Below, one piece after another: positions 37,763 to 47,906 of a DNA stretch of 64,000 nt. A model generated the notes under the pieces. That model searched no databases. It was not told the origin of the DNA and saw only the letters and a list, made by a program, of their open reading frames with translations. Every line of letters starts with the position of its first letter. Position 1 is the stretch's first letter. The position numbers and the translations under genes were made by a program. Location: positions 2,176,001-2,240,000 of the forward strand of contig OZ241917.1 in the NCBI GenBank assembly GCA_965203805.1. The letters are read 5' to 3'. Source of the DNA: Candidatus Latescibacterota bacterium. GTDB lineage: Bacteria; Latescibacterota; UBA2968; GCA-2709665.

Positions 37763-38179
37763 CATGGCCACTCATTTCCTTTGCCTATCTCCAACAATAG
37801 ATCCCTAATTCTATTAATTTTTTAATATTTCGTTAGCTAAGTATATAATCCCCTTTTATAAAATTCCCGTCGTATTGAGAGGGAACAATGCTGGCGATGA
37901 TGTCCTGTAAAGGGAATTTCCAATATAACAACCAAAACATGCTTCCACGTTTCGTCATTGCAATTTCAGACTCTCTATAGATAGTCACGTCAGGAAATTT
38001 GACTCGTGCCGGGCGTCACGGCCCGTCGATCCGTCAAACGTCCAGCCGGCCGCCCCAATTCGTGATACGTCGACGTCTTCGATATTTACTCCGCTGATGT
38101 TATTGAAAATAAACCGATTATACAAGAAATCCGATGGTTTTCAAGAATAATTCGAATGGAAAGATTCGGGCAAGAAAAT

Positions 38180-38207
38180 AGCCCCGGGAATTAAATCCCG
38201 GGGCTTC
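38180..38207 (-). terminator. Intrinsic terminator
   Basis: agccccggga / tcccggggct stem downstream of the gene ending at 38229. Confidence 0.7.
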
Positions 38208-38228
38208 AAATTAGGTCGAACAAAATGA

Positions 38229-38549
38229 TTATTCATCAAAGGTTTGTTGCACACGAACCAGGGCGAAAATACGAATCAGGTTTAGCAAGAATAAACTTAG
38301 TCCGCCCACGACCAATAAGTGAATAATAGCGCAAATTTCAACAACGAGCGTTTTTTCATCACCCACGTAATATTGACCAAGTAGAAAAATCGAGTATAAG
38401 ACCAAAAGTAAGTGAACCAGAAAAAAGATCACATACATAATAATAAATAAACGGGTTTTTGTGGCTTCCAGAACTTTCTCATTGCCCTTTAAAAGCGCCA
38501 ATATAGAAGCTATAATGGCCATGAGAATGTAAAATTGAACCGGCGGCAA
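38229..38549 (-). CDS. Small 3-TM membrane protein
   Basis: Three hydrophobic segments; 11 bp downstream of the preceding gene. Confidence 0.55.
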   Translation of the reverse strand: MPPVQFYILMAIIASILALLKGNEKVLEATKTRLFIIMYVIFFLVHLLLVLYSIFLLGQYYVGDEKTLVVEICAIIHLLVVGGLSLFLLNLIRIFALVRVQQTFDE

Positions 38550-38560
38550 TAATGCTGTTA

Positions 38561-39158
38561 TTAAACGACCATCTTTTCGAAATCTACGTCTTTCTGACGA
38601 TACTTACCAAAAGCATATTCAGTTAATTTATCGCGCACGCGTTCAGGGACCTGTGTGGTATCGAACAATCTGAATTTCCGATTATGAGCCCCGATCGGAT
38701 GTTTCGAGACGTATGCCGTGCAAGAATCCACAATCTTATAATGTATGTCACTCTCAGGCCGTTGGCCAGGCTCCCGTCGGGAAAATAGCTGAACTCGTTC
38801 CTCATCGACAAAAGTTCTAGTAAATAATGTATTCCCAGCAATATTAAAAAAAACGCCTAACCTCAAATTCAGGATAAGCGTATAATTTTTCACGTATCAA
38901 TCGCACAAAGCGAGAATCATTATACAAAGAACCTTTAACGTCATTTCCATCATCATACAGCTCGATTTTCTCCTTAGATTGTTCCAAAAGATGCAGGGCA
39001 GACTCAATAGCCATTTGATCATTATTGACAGCTTCGCGTCTGGACCTGATACGAAAAATACTATAATTCCAATACATAGCCCAGAGCATGAGTATAGTAC
39101 CAATTAGAATCCAGAGAAGGAGAAGAGATAAAACAAGGATTTCAAGATTCGTCATCAC
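38561..39158 (-). pseudogene. TM plus PLD-like domain gene split at a T8 tract
   Basis: Loss of one T at 38846-38853 fuses ...EFEVRRFF to NIAGN...DIHYKIVD...AYVSKH. Confidence 0.6.
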
Positions 39159-39638
39159 TTCCCTCTACGAACACGTTTGTGCGTTGTTTTTGTACACGTA
39201 ATTTACAGCGCCCGTCTGAGCACGTTAACGTCTCCTTACCGATGACCCCGGCATATCGACAAATTACACATTTACTGAAATAAGTCAATAACGTCGATAT
39301 TTTAACAACGAGTCCCCTCAGCAATCGGGGGTCTATAGGAGCCGAGGCAGCGCAAAACCACATTGCCCCTCAAGGGGGGAGTGATAAAACCCTTAGACGG
39401 ATTCGCGCGTTCACTTGATTCCATTCGGTTGCTGCTGAACGTCGCAAAGGCCCAGCAGAGAAGGAGTGCCGAATACTTGGTATTGTAAGACAAAAACAGA
39501 TTATATTTGTATTACCGACTTTCGTTACGACCTTCAAGTGCATCTCCTTGACCTGCATTTACGCGCACTTCGATGAGCCGTTTCGACAAGGTTAACCCAA
39601 GCAGCGACCGCGTTCCTCCTGAATCAGCTGAATCGTCT

Positions 39639-40910
39639 ATGTCCCAGCAATCCGAAGGTCCCTCCGAAACACCACCCCCTCCGAACGGCGCGCTCGCGCC
39701 GCTGAGCAACCCCGACTATCGCAGGCTGCTGGCCAGCAACGCGCTCTGGTGGCAGTTCATGTGGATGGAAATCATCGTGGCCGGCTGGCTGGTCCTGGAG
39801 CTTACGGACTCGGCCTGGCAGGTGTCGCTGATCGGGTTCTACCGCATGGCCCCGCTGCTGCTGATCGGCTTCGTCTCCGGGCCCCTCATCGACCGGTTCG
39901 GCCGCAGGAGGATCATCATCTTCTCCCAGGCGGTCAACCTCGTCGTCTCCCTCCTGATCGCCCTGATCATCCTGACGGACCGCCTGGCCGTTTGGCATCT
40001 GGCCGTCGGCGCACTCGTGATGGGCACGACCTGGGCCGTGGACTGGACCGCGCGGCGTTCGCTGTTGCCGGATCTGGTGGGCAAGGCCCGAACCATGGAC
40101 GCCATGCTCCTCGAGGGAATATCCCAGAACGTCACCCGGGTTGCCGGGCCCTTTTCCAGCGGCGCCCTCTACGCGACCCTGGAACCGCTTGGCTGCTATC
40201 TGATCCTGACCGGGATCGCCCTGGCGTCTCTGATGATCCTCGGACGGCTCTCCAGACAACCCGCCCTCGAAAAAGCGCCCGCGGACGGTTCCCACTGGAC
40301 CCGGACCGTGGAGGGGCTGCGCTATATCCGACGAAACCCCGCGATTCTGGGGGTCACGCTCATTACAGTCGCCATGAACTTCCTGGTCTTTCCCTACCAG
40401 ACCCTGTTGCCGGTGTTTGCGAGGGACATCCTGAATCAGGGTCCCGTGGGATTCGGCGTACTCGCCTCCGCCAACGGCGTCGGCGCGTTTGCCGGCCTGT
40501 GGATTGTCAGCAGGCTCCGCCGGAGCGTGACGACAACGCTGCTCTATGCGGGCGGTTCGTTTCTGATGGCCGCCGCCGTGGTTGTCTTCGCGACGTCGAC
40601 CGACTTCTATTTTTCGCTGGCGCTCCTCACCCTGTCGGGAATCGGCCATGCGGCCTTCGGCCTTCTCCAAAGCACGATCGTCCTGCTAGCGGCGCGGGAC
40701 GACATGCGCAGCCGCGCGATGGGCGGCATCGTCCTCGCCATCGGCACGGGTCCCCCCGGCCGCCTGAGCGCGGGCGCCGTCGCCGAACGCTTCGGCGCGC
40801 CGTTCGCCGTCTTCGTTGCGTGTGCCATCGCCTCCCTGATCGTCGTTGCGGTGACACTGGCCATGTCGGGATTCCGAAACGCATCGGCCGCGCGTGAGGC
40901 GAACGCATGA
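39639..40910 (+). CDS. MFS transporter
   Basis: GPLIDRFGRRR motif A; 12-TM pattern. Confidence 0.92.
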   Translation: MSQQSEGPSETPPPPNGALAPLSNPDYRRLLASNALWWQFMWMEIIVAGWLVLELTDSAWQVSLIGFYRMAPLLLIGFVSGPLIDRFGRRRIIIFSQAVNLVVSLLIALIILTDRLAVWHLAVGALVMGTTWAVDWTARRSLLPDLVGKARTMDAMLLEGISQNVTRVAGPFSSGALYATLEPLGCYLILTGIALASLMILGRLSRQPALEKAPADGSHWTRTVEGLRYIRRNPAILGVTLITVAMNFLVFPYQTLLPVFARDILNQGPVGFGVLASANGVGAFAGLWIVSRLRRSVTTTLLYAGGSFLMAAAVVVFATSTDFYFSLALLTLSGIGHAAFGLLQSTIVLLAARDDMRSRAMGGIVLAIGTGPPGRLSAGAVAERFGAPFAVFVACAIASLIVVAVTLAMSGFRNASAAREANA

Positions 40911-40936
40911 AAAAACCGGCCCATCGGGCCGGTTTC
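40911..40936. terminator. Terminator between convergent genes
   Basis: aaaccggccc-atc-gggccggttt. Confidence 0.7.
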
Positions 40937-40977
40937 GCCGCCATCCAAAGCGTATAGCCGTTGGCACCGTCGATGAC

Positions 40978-41967
40978 TCACGTCGACAGAATCCGTTCGA
41001 TCTCCCCTTTGAGCGACACCTCCAATCTGGGACCGTACTGCGCCACCACGCGCATCGACGCGTAGTTCGCGAGTTTCGCCGACTGCGCCGCGTCGAGTCC
41101 ATGGGTAATCCCATACAGATAGGCCCCGGCGAACATATCCCCCGCGCCGTTGGTATCCACCGCATCAACGTTGAATCCCGGGGAGTGAAACCGTTCGCCT
41201 CCGTCCCGCACCACCGCGCCGTTGGCCTCACAGGTGACGGCGTATGCGCCAACCATCGTTTCGAGCGCGGCGCAAGCGCCATTCGTATCGCCGGTTTCCG
41301 TAAACGCCTTCGCTTCGTCTACGTTGCAAAAAAGCATGTCCACCCCGCCGGACACCAGCGTTCGCATCCGGTCACCGAACGCGGCCACGATGGATGGGTC
41401 GCTCAGCGTGAGCGATACCCGCGTCTTCCGCGCGCGCGCCTCGGACTGGGCGGCCAGCGCCGCGTCGAACCCTTCGTCCGAGGCGACAAGATAACCTTCG
41501 ATATACAGGTATTCGCTGCTTCCGATCACCTCGGGTTCGAGCTGTTCCGGACCAAACGTACCGGTGATGCCCAGGTACGTATTCATCGTGCGATCGGCGT
41601 CGTCCGTGATCATCACGAGGCACTTGCCCGTAATCCCGTCACCCTGAAACCGGTTGGAAGCCACCCCCGCCGCCTCCAGGTCCCCGAGGTAAAAATCTCC
41701 GTACGAATCCTTCGCCACCTTGCACGCATAATATGCCCTGCCGCCGAAGTCCGCCACGGCGATCATGGAATTCGCAGCCGAACCACCCGACGAGCGCTTC
41801 AGAACGTCATCACCCAGGCGTTCGAGGAGTTCGTGATGCCGGTCTTCTTCGATCAGCGTCATCACGCCTTTCTCGATTCCTGCCGACGCGAGAAAGCCGG
41901 GCGTGACCCGGTACTGAATATCCACCAGTGCGTTGCCCATTCCGTACACGCTAAACGCTCTGCCCAT
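40978..41967 (-). CDS. PfkB-family adenosine/sugar kinase
   Basis: GNALVD, GGSAAN and DTNGAGDMFAG motifs. Confidence 0.93.
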   Translation of the reverse strand: MGRAFSVYGMGNALVDIQYRVTPGFLASAGIEKGVMTLIEEDRHHELLERLGDDVLKRSSGGSAANSMIAVADFGGRAYYACKVAKDSYGDFYLGDLEAAGVASNRFQGDGITGKCLVMITDDADRTMNTYLGITGTFGPEQLEPEVIGSSEYLYIEGYLVASDEGFDAALAAQSEARARKTRVSLTLSDPSIVAAFGDRMRTLVSGGVDMLFCNVDEAKAFTETGDTNGACAALETMVGAYAVTCEANGAVVRDGGERFHSPGFNVDAVDTNGAGDMFAGAYLYGITHGLDAAQSAKLANYASMRVVAQYGPRLEVSLKGEIERILST

Positions 41968-42024
41968 TCGCGCTCCTTGCAAAATCGATTGGATTCCTTA
42001 TCATAATGGCACTCGCGGACGCAG

Positions 42025-42053
42025 GCAGGGGCAGGTTTGAAACCTGCGCCTGC
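42025..42053. repeat. REP-like palindrome
   Basis: gcaggggcaggttt-g-aaacctgcgcctgc. Confidence 0.6.
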
Positions 42054-42119
42054 AATTGGGAACCCTAACCATAATACAATGAGCCGGATAAGGAAACACC
42101 CTTTTTAAAGGAATCGGAT

Positions 42120-42872
42120 TTGAGCACGATCATTACCTGCAACGTGCGGGGCAAGGTCATCCTCATCGACGTTGAGTCTGAACGCGACGGCGAGGCCTCG
42201 CGCAACCACGAGCTCTGGCGGGCGAATTCCTTCAACGAAAAGGAGCCCGACACCCTGGACTGGATCGATGCCTGCTTTCAACCCGGTGAGACCTTCTACG
42301 ACGTCGGCGCGAATATCGGTCAATACGCGTTGTACGCCGCGCGCAGGCTGGGGGGACACGCCCGGATTCTCGCCTTCGAACCGGAAGCCCTGAACCACGC
42401 CAAACTGAACAGGAACATCCTGCTCAACGACCTGGGTGATGTCGTTACGGCCTATCCCATCGCCGTATCGGACCGCACGGCCATTGAGCACTTCTATTCG
42501 AAAACCTTCGCCCCGGGCGCCGCGCTCCACGCGCTCGGGGAACCCGTTACCCAGGGCGCGGTTCCCTTCGCGCCGCAGAACCGGCAGGGAGCCATGGCCG
42601 TGTCGCTGGACGACCTCACCGGGCGATTCGGCCTGCCCTTTCCCGACCACGTGAAAATCGACGTTGACGGCATCGAAGACAAGATTGTCGCCGGCGCATC
42701 GCGAACACTTGAAGACGCCAGATTGAAAACGGTACTCATCGAAGTCTTCATGTTCGAAGACATGGCCGGAAAGATCGAATCCGCCTTCTTCGCCCGGGGA
42801 TTCTCCCTCGCGAACGCCGTCCCCGTCGACTACACGGAGGGCATTGTTCAAAACCTGGTTTTCAGGCGATAA
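42120..42872 (+). CDS. FkbM-family methyltransferase
   Basis: YDVGANIG, AFEP and KIDVDGIE motifs. Confidence 0.9.
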   Translation: MSTIITCNVRGKVILIDVESERDGEASRNHELWRANSFNEKEPDTLDWIDACFQPGETFYDVGANIGQYALYAARRLGGHARILAFEPEALNHAKLNRNILLNDLGDVVTAYPIAVSDRTAIEHFYSKTFAPGAALHALGEPVTQGAVPFAPQNRQGAMAVSLDDLTGRFGLPFPDHVKIDVDGIEDKIVAGASRTLEDARLKTVLIEVFMFEDMAGKIESAFFARGFSLANAVPVDYTEGIVQNLVFRR

Positions 42873-42895
42873 TCAGCCTGAAATGAGAAGATACC

Positions 42896-44170
42896 ATGTC
42901 CATCTTTGAAGACGACGTCCTGGAACGCCGCCGGCAGCGAGCTCGCGGGGCGCTGGGAGACAACCCGCCAATTGTGCTCTTCGGCGCCGGAAAGCCCGTT
43001 CAGGTTCCCGGCGGCCAGGACCAGACCTACCCGTTCGTCCCCTACCCCGAATACTACTGGCTGACCGGCTCGAGGCGCTGGGGCGGCGTGCTCGCCTTCG
43101 ATCCTCGGGAGGGCTGGACCCACTTCGTGCGGCCGGTTTCACAGAACGAACGACTGTGGGAAGGCGGCATCGAGTCGGTCGACGGCGAGGACGTCGCCGA
43201 CCTGCCGGGCTGGGCGGAGAAACGGGGCGACCGCGCCGTTGCGGTCATCGGCGGGTCCGTCGAAAACGTGGAGAGCGATCCCCAGCTCGCCTCGCGTCTT
43301 CACGCGTCGCTGGACGGGGTCCGCCGCCGGAAGGACGCCGCCGAAATCGAGCTGATGGAGCGGGCGGCAAATGCGACCGCGGCCGGCCATGCGACGGCCC
43401 GCGACGCCATCCAACCGGGCGTCAGCGAACGCCGCATCCGAATTGAACTCGAAGCAGCAATGTACCGGAACGGCGCCGACGACGTCGCCTTCGACACGAT
43501 CGTCGGCGCGGGAACCCATGCTGCCGTGCTCCATTTCGAACCCGGCGCCCGGACAGTGGAGGCAGACGACCTGGTCCTCATCGACGCAGGGGCGTCCATC
43601 GCCGGCTACGTGGCGGACGTTACCCGCACCTATCCAGCCGGGGACCGTTTCACGCCCAGGCAGCAAGCCATCTACGATCTCGTTCTCGCCGCCCAACTGA
43701 AAGCCATTTCCACCTGTCGGAAAGGCGTGGAATGGCACCAGGTACACCGCGCGGCGGCCGGTGTCATCGCCCTGGGACTCCGGGACATCGGCATCCTCAG
43801 GGGAACACAGGACGACCTCCTCGACAGCGGCGCCATTTCTCTCTTCCTGCCGCACGGCGTCGGCCACATGGTCGGCCTTGGCGTCCGCGACGTGGGCGGC
43901 CGGGCGGCCGGGCGCGAAGTCAGCGTCCATTGCGGCATCCGAATGCGCCTGGACCTGCCTCTGGAGGAGGATTTCGTGATGACCGTCGAGCCCGGCGTCT
44001 ATTTCGTGCCCGCGTTGCTCGACGACCCAGAGCGTCGCGAACGCTTCGCCGGAATGGTCGACTGGGACACGCTGGAATCCTGGCGGACCGTCGGCGGCGT
44101 CCGCATTGAGGACAACGTGCTTATCACCGCCGCCGATCCCCGTATCCTGACCTCCGCAATTCCCAAATGA
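42896..44170 (+). CDS. Xaa-Pro aminopeptidase (M24)
   Basis: IDAG..YVADVTRT, PHGVGH, TVEPG and GVRIED motifs. Confidence 0.93.
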   Translation: MSIFEDDVLERRRQRARGALGDNPPIVLFGAGKPVQVPGGQDQTYPFVPYPEYYWLTGSRRWGGVLAFDPREGWTHFVRPVSQNERLWEGGIESVDGEDVADLPGWAEKRGDRAVAVIGGSVENVESDPQLASRLHASLDGVRRRKDAAEIELMERAANATAAGHATARDAIQPGVSERRIRIELEAAMYRNGADDVAFDTIVGAGTHAAVLHFEPGARTVEADDLVLIDAGASIAGYVADVTRTYPAGDRFTPRQQAIYDLVLAAQLKAISTCRKGVEWHQVHRAAAGVIALGLRDIGILRGTQDDLLDSGAISLFLPHGVGHMVGLGVRDVGGRAAGREVSVHCGIRMRLDLPLEEDFVMTVEPGVYFVPALLDDPERRERFAGMVDWDTLESWRTVGGVRIEDNVLITAADPRILTSAIPK

Positions 44171-44247
44171 TTCCCGCAAGCACTCCCCAGGGGCTGGTCG
44201 GAGTGCGGCGCCGCGCCGGAACAGTATGTACGATGGTAGAGTAAATC

Positions 44248-45609
44248 ATGCCTGATCCATCCGCTGCCACCTCGCGCGCCCCCGGACCGGCCGGGCTCCC
44301 GTTTCTGGGCTGCGTCCTGCCGTTTCGGAAGGACCCGATCGGGTTTCTGCGGGATGCCTGGTCCACGTACGGCGACGTGGTCCGGATGGACGTCCGGGGC
44401 AAGACGGTGCACCTGGTCACCCGCCCGGAGCACATTGAACACGTGCTGGTGCACGGGAGGCGCACTTATTTCAAAGGTTACGGGTACGACGACCAGAAGC
44501 TGCTGCTGGGAGAGGGTCTGATAACGAGCGAGGGAGACCTCTGGGAACGCCAGCACCGGATCATGCAGCCGTTCTTCACGCCCCGGGGCACGATGCGCTT
44601 TATGGATGTGATGGTGAACGCGATTCGCGATATGCTTGCGCGGTGGGAACCCCTCGCGGGTCGCGATCGTGCGATCCAGGTCGACGAGGAGATGGCGCGC
44701 CTCACGGGGAATATTATCGTTCGCATCCTTTTCAGCAGGGATCTGAACGACGAGGCATCGGGGATCGACGAGGCGTTTCAGTACTGCGTGGGATTCATCG
44801 ACCGGCGTTCCGCCGACCTGATCGCGCTTCCCATGTTCCTCCCCACGCCGGCAAACCGCCGATTCAGGCATTGTCTGAACGCCATCCACCGGTACATCGA
44901 CGAGAGAATCGAGGAGCGGCGTAGCCAACCGGGAGGGGAGGACCTGCTTTCTGTACTGATGGGCGCCCGCGATGAGGAAACGGGCGAACGCATGGACCGG
45001 GGGCAACTCCGCGACGAACTCGTCACGCTCTTCGTCGCCGGATACCAGACGACGATGCACGCGCTCACGTGGACCTGGTACCTTCTGGACCAACACCGGC
45101 AGGTGGCGGGAAGGCTTTGGGAGGAGCAGCGTTCGGTCCTGAACGGATGCGTGCCCGCGATCGAGTCCGTCCATGAACTTCACTACGCCCGAATGGTGTT
45201 CCAGGAAGCGATGCGCCTCTATCCGCCGATCAAAGTGATCGTGCGCGAGGCAGCGCACGACGACGAAATCGACGGGTACCACATCTCCGCGGGCTCGCTC
45301 GTGCTCGTGAGTCCGTATATCACACAACGCCATCCGGCGCTATGGGAGCATCCGGAGACGTTCGATCCCGGACGATTCACGGCCGAGCGGACGGAACGAC
45401 GTTCCCGATACGCTTATCTGCCCTTCAGCGCCGGACCCCGGGTCTGCCTGGGCGGTCATTTCGCCATGCTGGAGGCCGTGCTGGTGCTGTCGATGGTGAT
45501 CCGGGAGTACCGGCTTCAACTCGTGCCGGGCCACCCCGTCGAACCTTCCATGGACGTGAAGACCTGGCCGCTCCACGGGATGCCCATGACGGTTCACCGG
45601 CGGGAATAG
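44248..45609 (+). CDS. Cytochrome P450
   Basis: AGYQTT I-helix, EAMR and FSAGPRVCLG heme motif. Confidence 0.95.
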   Translation: MPDPSAATSRAPGPAGLPFLGCVLPFRKDPIGFLRDAWSTYGDVVRMDVRGKTVHLVTRPEHIEHVLVHGRRTYFKGYGYDDQKLLLGEGLITSEGDLWERQHRIMQPFFTPRGTMRFMDVMVNAIRDMLARWEPLAGRDRAIQVDEEMARLTGNIIVRILFSRDLNDEASGIDEAFQYCVGFIDRRSADLIALPMFLPTPANRRFRHCLNAIHRYIDERIEERRSQPGGEDLLSVLMGARDEETGERMDRGQLRDELVTLFVAGYQTTMHALTWTWYLLDQHRQVAGRLWEEQRSVLNGCVPAIESVHELHYARMVFQEAMRLYPPIKVIVREAAHDDEIDGYHISAGSLVLVSPYITQRHPALWEHPETFDPGRFTAERTERRSRYAYLPFSAGPRVCLGGHFAMLEAVLVLSMVIREYRLQLVPGHPVEPSMDVKTWPLHGMPMTVHRRE

Positions 45610-45629
45610 CTGCGCGCTGGTTGCTTTTC

Positions 45630-46222
45630 CCTTTGTTACTTTGTGCCCTTGTGTCAGATGAATGCCGTTCTTGCTGGTCTTACGCTGTGGTCGCGTTTTG
45701 CGACACTCGGAGCGTTGGCATCTTGCCCTCGTCGCGCCATTTATGGTCCTGCTTCACGGCGCACAAGTCGGTGATAGATATCGCGTGCCACGATCGCTAA
45801 CCCGGTTCAGCTGACAACCGACGGCGATTTGCTTCTCTGACTCACGAAAACAAGCCGCTTCGAACGCGGAAACCTGCCTGGAGGGCTACCAGAGCAGAGC
45901 GCGCTGATCCGTCCAGCAACGTCGTTCGATGTGCCACCGAGGGTGTAGGGGCAGCAGATTCTGTGCATCCTGTGAGGGTGTTCGCGCTGTGCATATGGCA
46001 GGCCCCGCGCCCAGCGGCGACTTTTGGTTCCTTTTGGTCGCTTCAAAAGGAACCCGCCGGAGGCAGGGAATTTGGGGAGATGTGGACGTTGAATTTGAAG
46101 TTGATTTTTGTCTTTTGATTCAAGCTGTTCTCTGCCTTTCCCTTTGTGTCTTTGTGTCTTCGTGCGAGCTGATTTTCGATCTTGATTCAAGCTGATTGCT
46201 GACGGCTGACCGCTGAAAGCTG
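45630..46222. repeat. Composite intergenic repeat tract
   Basis: ctttgtg-type repeats (about 45630 and 46141-46164), hairpin ggttccttttg / caaaaggaacc (46026-46054), and (gctgaNN)x4 at 46191-46222. Confidence 0.6.
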
Positions 46223-46229
46223 CCTTTTG

Positions 46230-47903
46230 CTACGCTTCGTCCACCTCGAGCGTCTGCAGAATCGCATCGGCGTCTTCCTCGATGGGTTCGGCGCTGAGAA
46301 TCCGCCACTTGTACTGGATGTCCCGCTTTCCCGCACCCGCGGCGCGCAGCACCTCGTCTTCCGCCCACCCCGGGCGCATCAGATGGATGCAGGGCGGCGC
46401 CAGCCTTCTCGAGCGGCGTTTTTCGGCATACTCCACGTTGACCTCCGCCAGTGCGCGGTCCAGATAGGGAATCACTTCGTTTCTCAGCAGGTCCCGCGCG
46501 ACCTCTCCCTTGAATTCCGCGTGGATTTCGTACCGGTGCGTTGCCACGTTCGCCACCACCCGGAACTGCTCGACCACGGACACGTCATACCGCCGGCGGA
46601 CCTCCTGCAGCGCCAGCAGCAGATGGTTGACATGCATCTTCTCGCCCGTGATGCTCGTCATGTCGCGGCCCTTGCGAATGAAAGCCAGCATGGGGGCGTT
46701 CCGGTAGAACCCGGTCACCTGTACGATGTCGTTGATGTCGTACCGGTAAAGGCCGCCCGGGGTCGTCAGCAGGACCGCGTAGTTTGCGCCGGATTCCAGT
46801 TCGTGGCTGGAGAGTACGGGTGGGTCCGGGGCATCCATGGCTGCTTCGGGAATGAACTCATAATAGTTCCCGCTGAGCGAGAGAATGCCCGACGCCGTAT
46901 GGTCCTGGTTCGGAACCGTGAAGTGTCCTTCGCTGGCCAGGAAACCCAGGTCGCGCATGGGTACGTCGCCGTAATAGTCCGGAAGTCTTCGTGCCTGCAC
47001 GCCCACGCTGCCGCCCAGCCAGCACCCGATGAGTTTCAGGTCCGGCCAGCAATCCCCCGGACGGAGCGCCCCGACCCGCGCCATCACGTCCTCGAGGAAC
47101 CGCGCGCGCTCAGGGTCCGGCTTCAATGTGGCGGCCAGTTGTCCGGCAAGCTCGGGCTGGTCCGGCAGATCGATGCCCGGGGCGCCATCGTGGACCGCGC
47201 GGACGATGGCTTCCGCGTTTCTGAGTGCGGTTTCCCCCAGTCGGATGAGCGTGCTGGGATTGGGCGTGCCGATGTACGAAACCCGCCTGGCCAGCGCGAG
47301 CCGTGCGGCTGCGAAGTATCGGCGGTCGTAGTCCTTGATCTCGGACACCGCGTAAGGGATCGCGTAGGTGCTTCGGATCAGCCCGGGAATGCGCTGATAG
47401 AGCATCCCGGACGCGCTGCCGTACGGGAGGCCTGAGGGCGTGTGTCCCTCGATTGCCCGGCTGACAATGCCGACGAACGCACCATTCAGGAAGTCCGGAT
47501 GATCCTGAAGCGCGCGATAGATCCACTCCAGCGAGAATCCGGACGCACGGCGCATGGACTCGGGCGTTACCGGGATGTACTTCGGTTCCCCCGTGGTCCC
47601 GCTGGTCATGTTCAGCATCCGCGTGGCGGCCGATGTCAGCACCGCCTGCTCCCCCGCGATGATCCGGTTGACGTAGGGACGCAACCCTTCGTAGTCGCGG
47701 ATAGGCACATGGCGGCGGTAATCGGCTTCGGTGCGGATCTCCGCGAAGCCATGGTCCTTTCCGAATGCCGTGTTGGCATTTCGCTTCATCAGGCGGCGAA
47801 GGAGGTTTTTCTGCACGTCGTGAGGACGTTCCGCCGCCCCATCGAGTTCCCTGGCCAGGCCGTACCCCTTCAGCCGGATGAGTGTCTTGACAAGCCTTCC
47901 CAT
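46230..47903 (-). CDS. GH3-family acyl-adenylate amido synthetase
   Basis: TSGTTGEPKYIP, ASEG, GGLYRYDINDIV and ITGEK motifs. Confidence 0.92.
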   Translation of the reverse strand: MGRLVKTLIRLKGYGLARELDGAAERPHDVQKNLLRRLMKRNANTAFGKDHGFAEIRTEADYRRHVPIRDYEGLRPYVNRIIAGEQAVLTSAATRMLNMTSGTTGEPKYIPVTPESMRRASGFSLEWIYRALQDHPDFLNGAFVGIVSRAIEGHTPSGLPYGSASGMLYQRIPGLIRSTYAIPYAVSEIKDYDRRYFAAARLALARRVSYIGTPNPSTLIRLGETALRNAEAIVRAVHDGAPGIDLPDQPELAGQLAATLKPDPERARFLEDVMARVGALRPGDCWPDLKLIGCWLGGSVGVQARRLPDYYGDVPMRDLGFLASEGHFTVPNQDHTASGILSLSGNYYEFIPEAAMDAPDPPVLSSHELESGANYAVLLTTPGGLYRYDINDIVQVTGFYRNAPMLAFIRKGRDMTSITGEKMHVNHLLLALQEVRRRYDVSVVEQFRVVANVATHRYEIHAEFKGEVARDLLRNEVIPYLDRALAEVNVEYAEKRRSRRLAPPCIHLMRPGWAEDEVLRAAGAGKRDIQYKWRILSAEPIEEDADAILQTLEVDEA

Positions 47904-47906
47904 GAC

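Larger units (their letters stand above)
33758..37853 (+). mobile_element. IS1595-family transposon with passenger genes (4,096 bp)
   Basis: IRs gggaattatatactttactaacg / ggggattatatacttagctaacg; 8-bp TSD ttttataa (33750-33757 and 37854-37861). Confidence 0.92.

Noticed and set aside
39142-39558. Short minus-strand ORFs upstream of the TM-PLD-like gene
   Set aside because: No convincing SD or protein features; probably promoter or leader DNA.
46141-46222. Short repeats as a possible CRISPR array
   Set aside because: Units are 7-8 bp without unique spacers, and there are no cas genes in the window.
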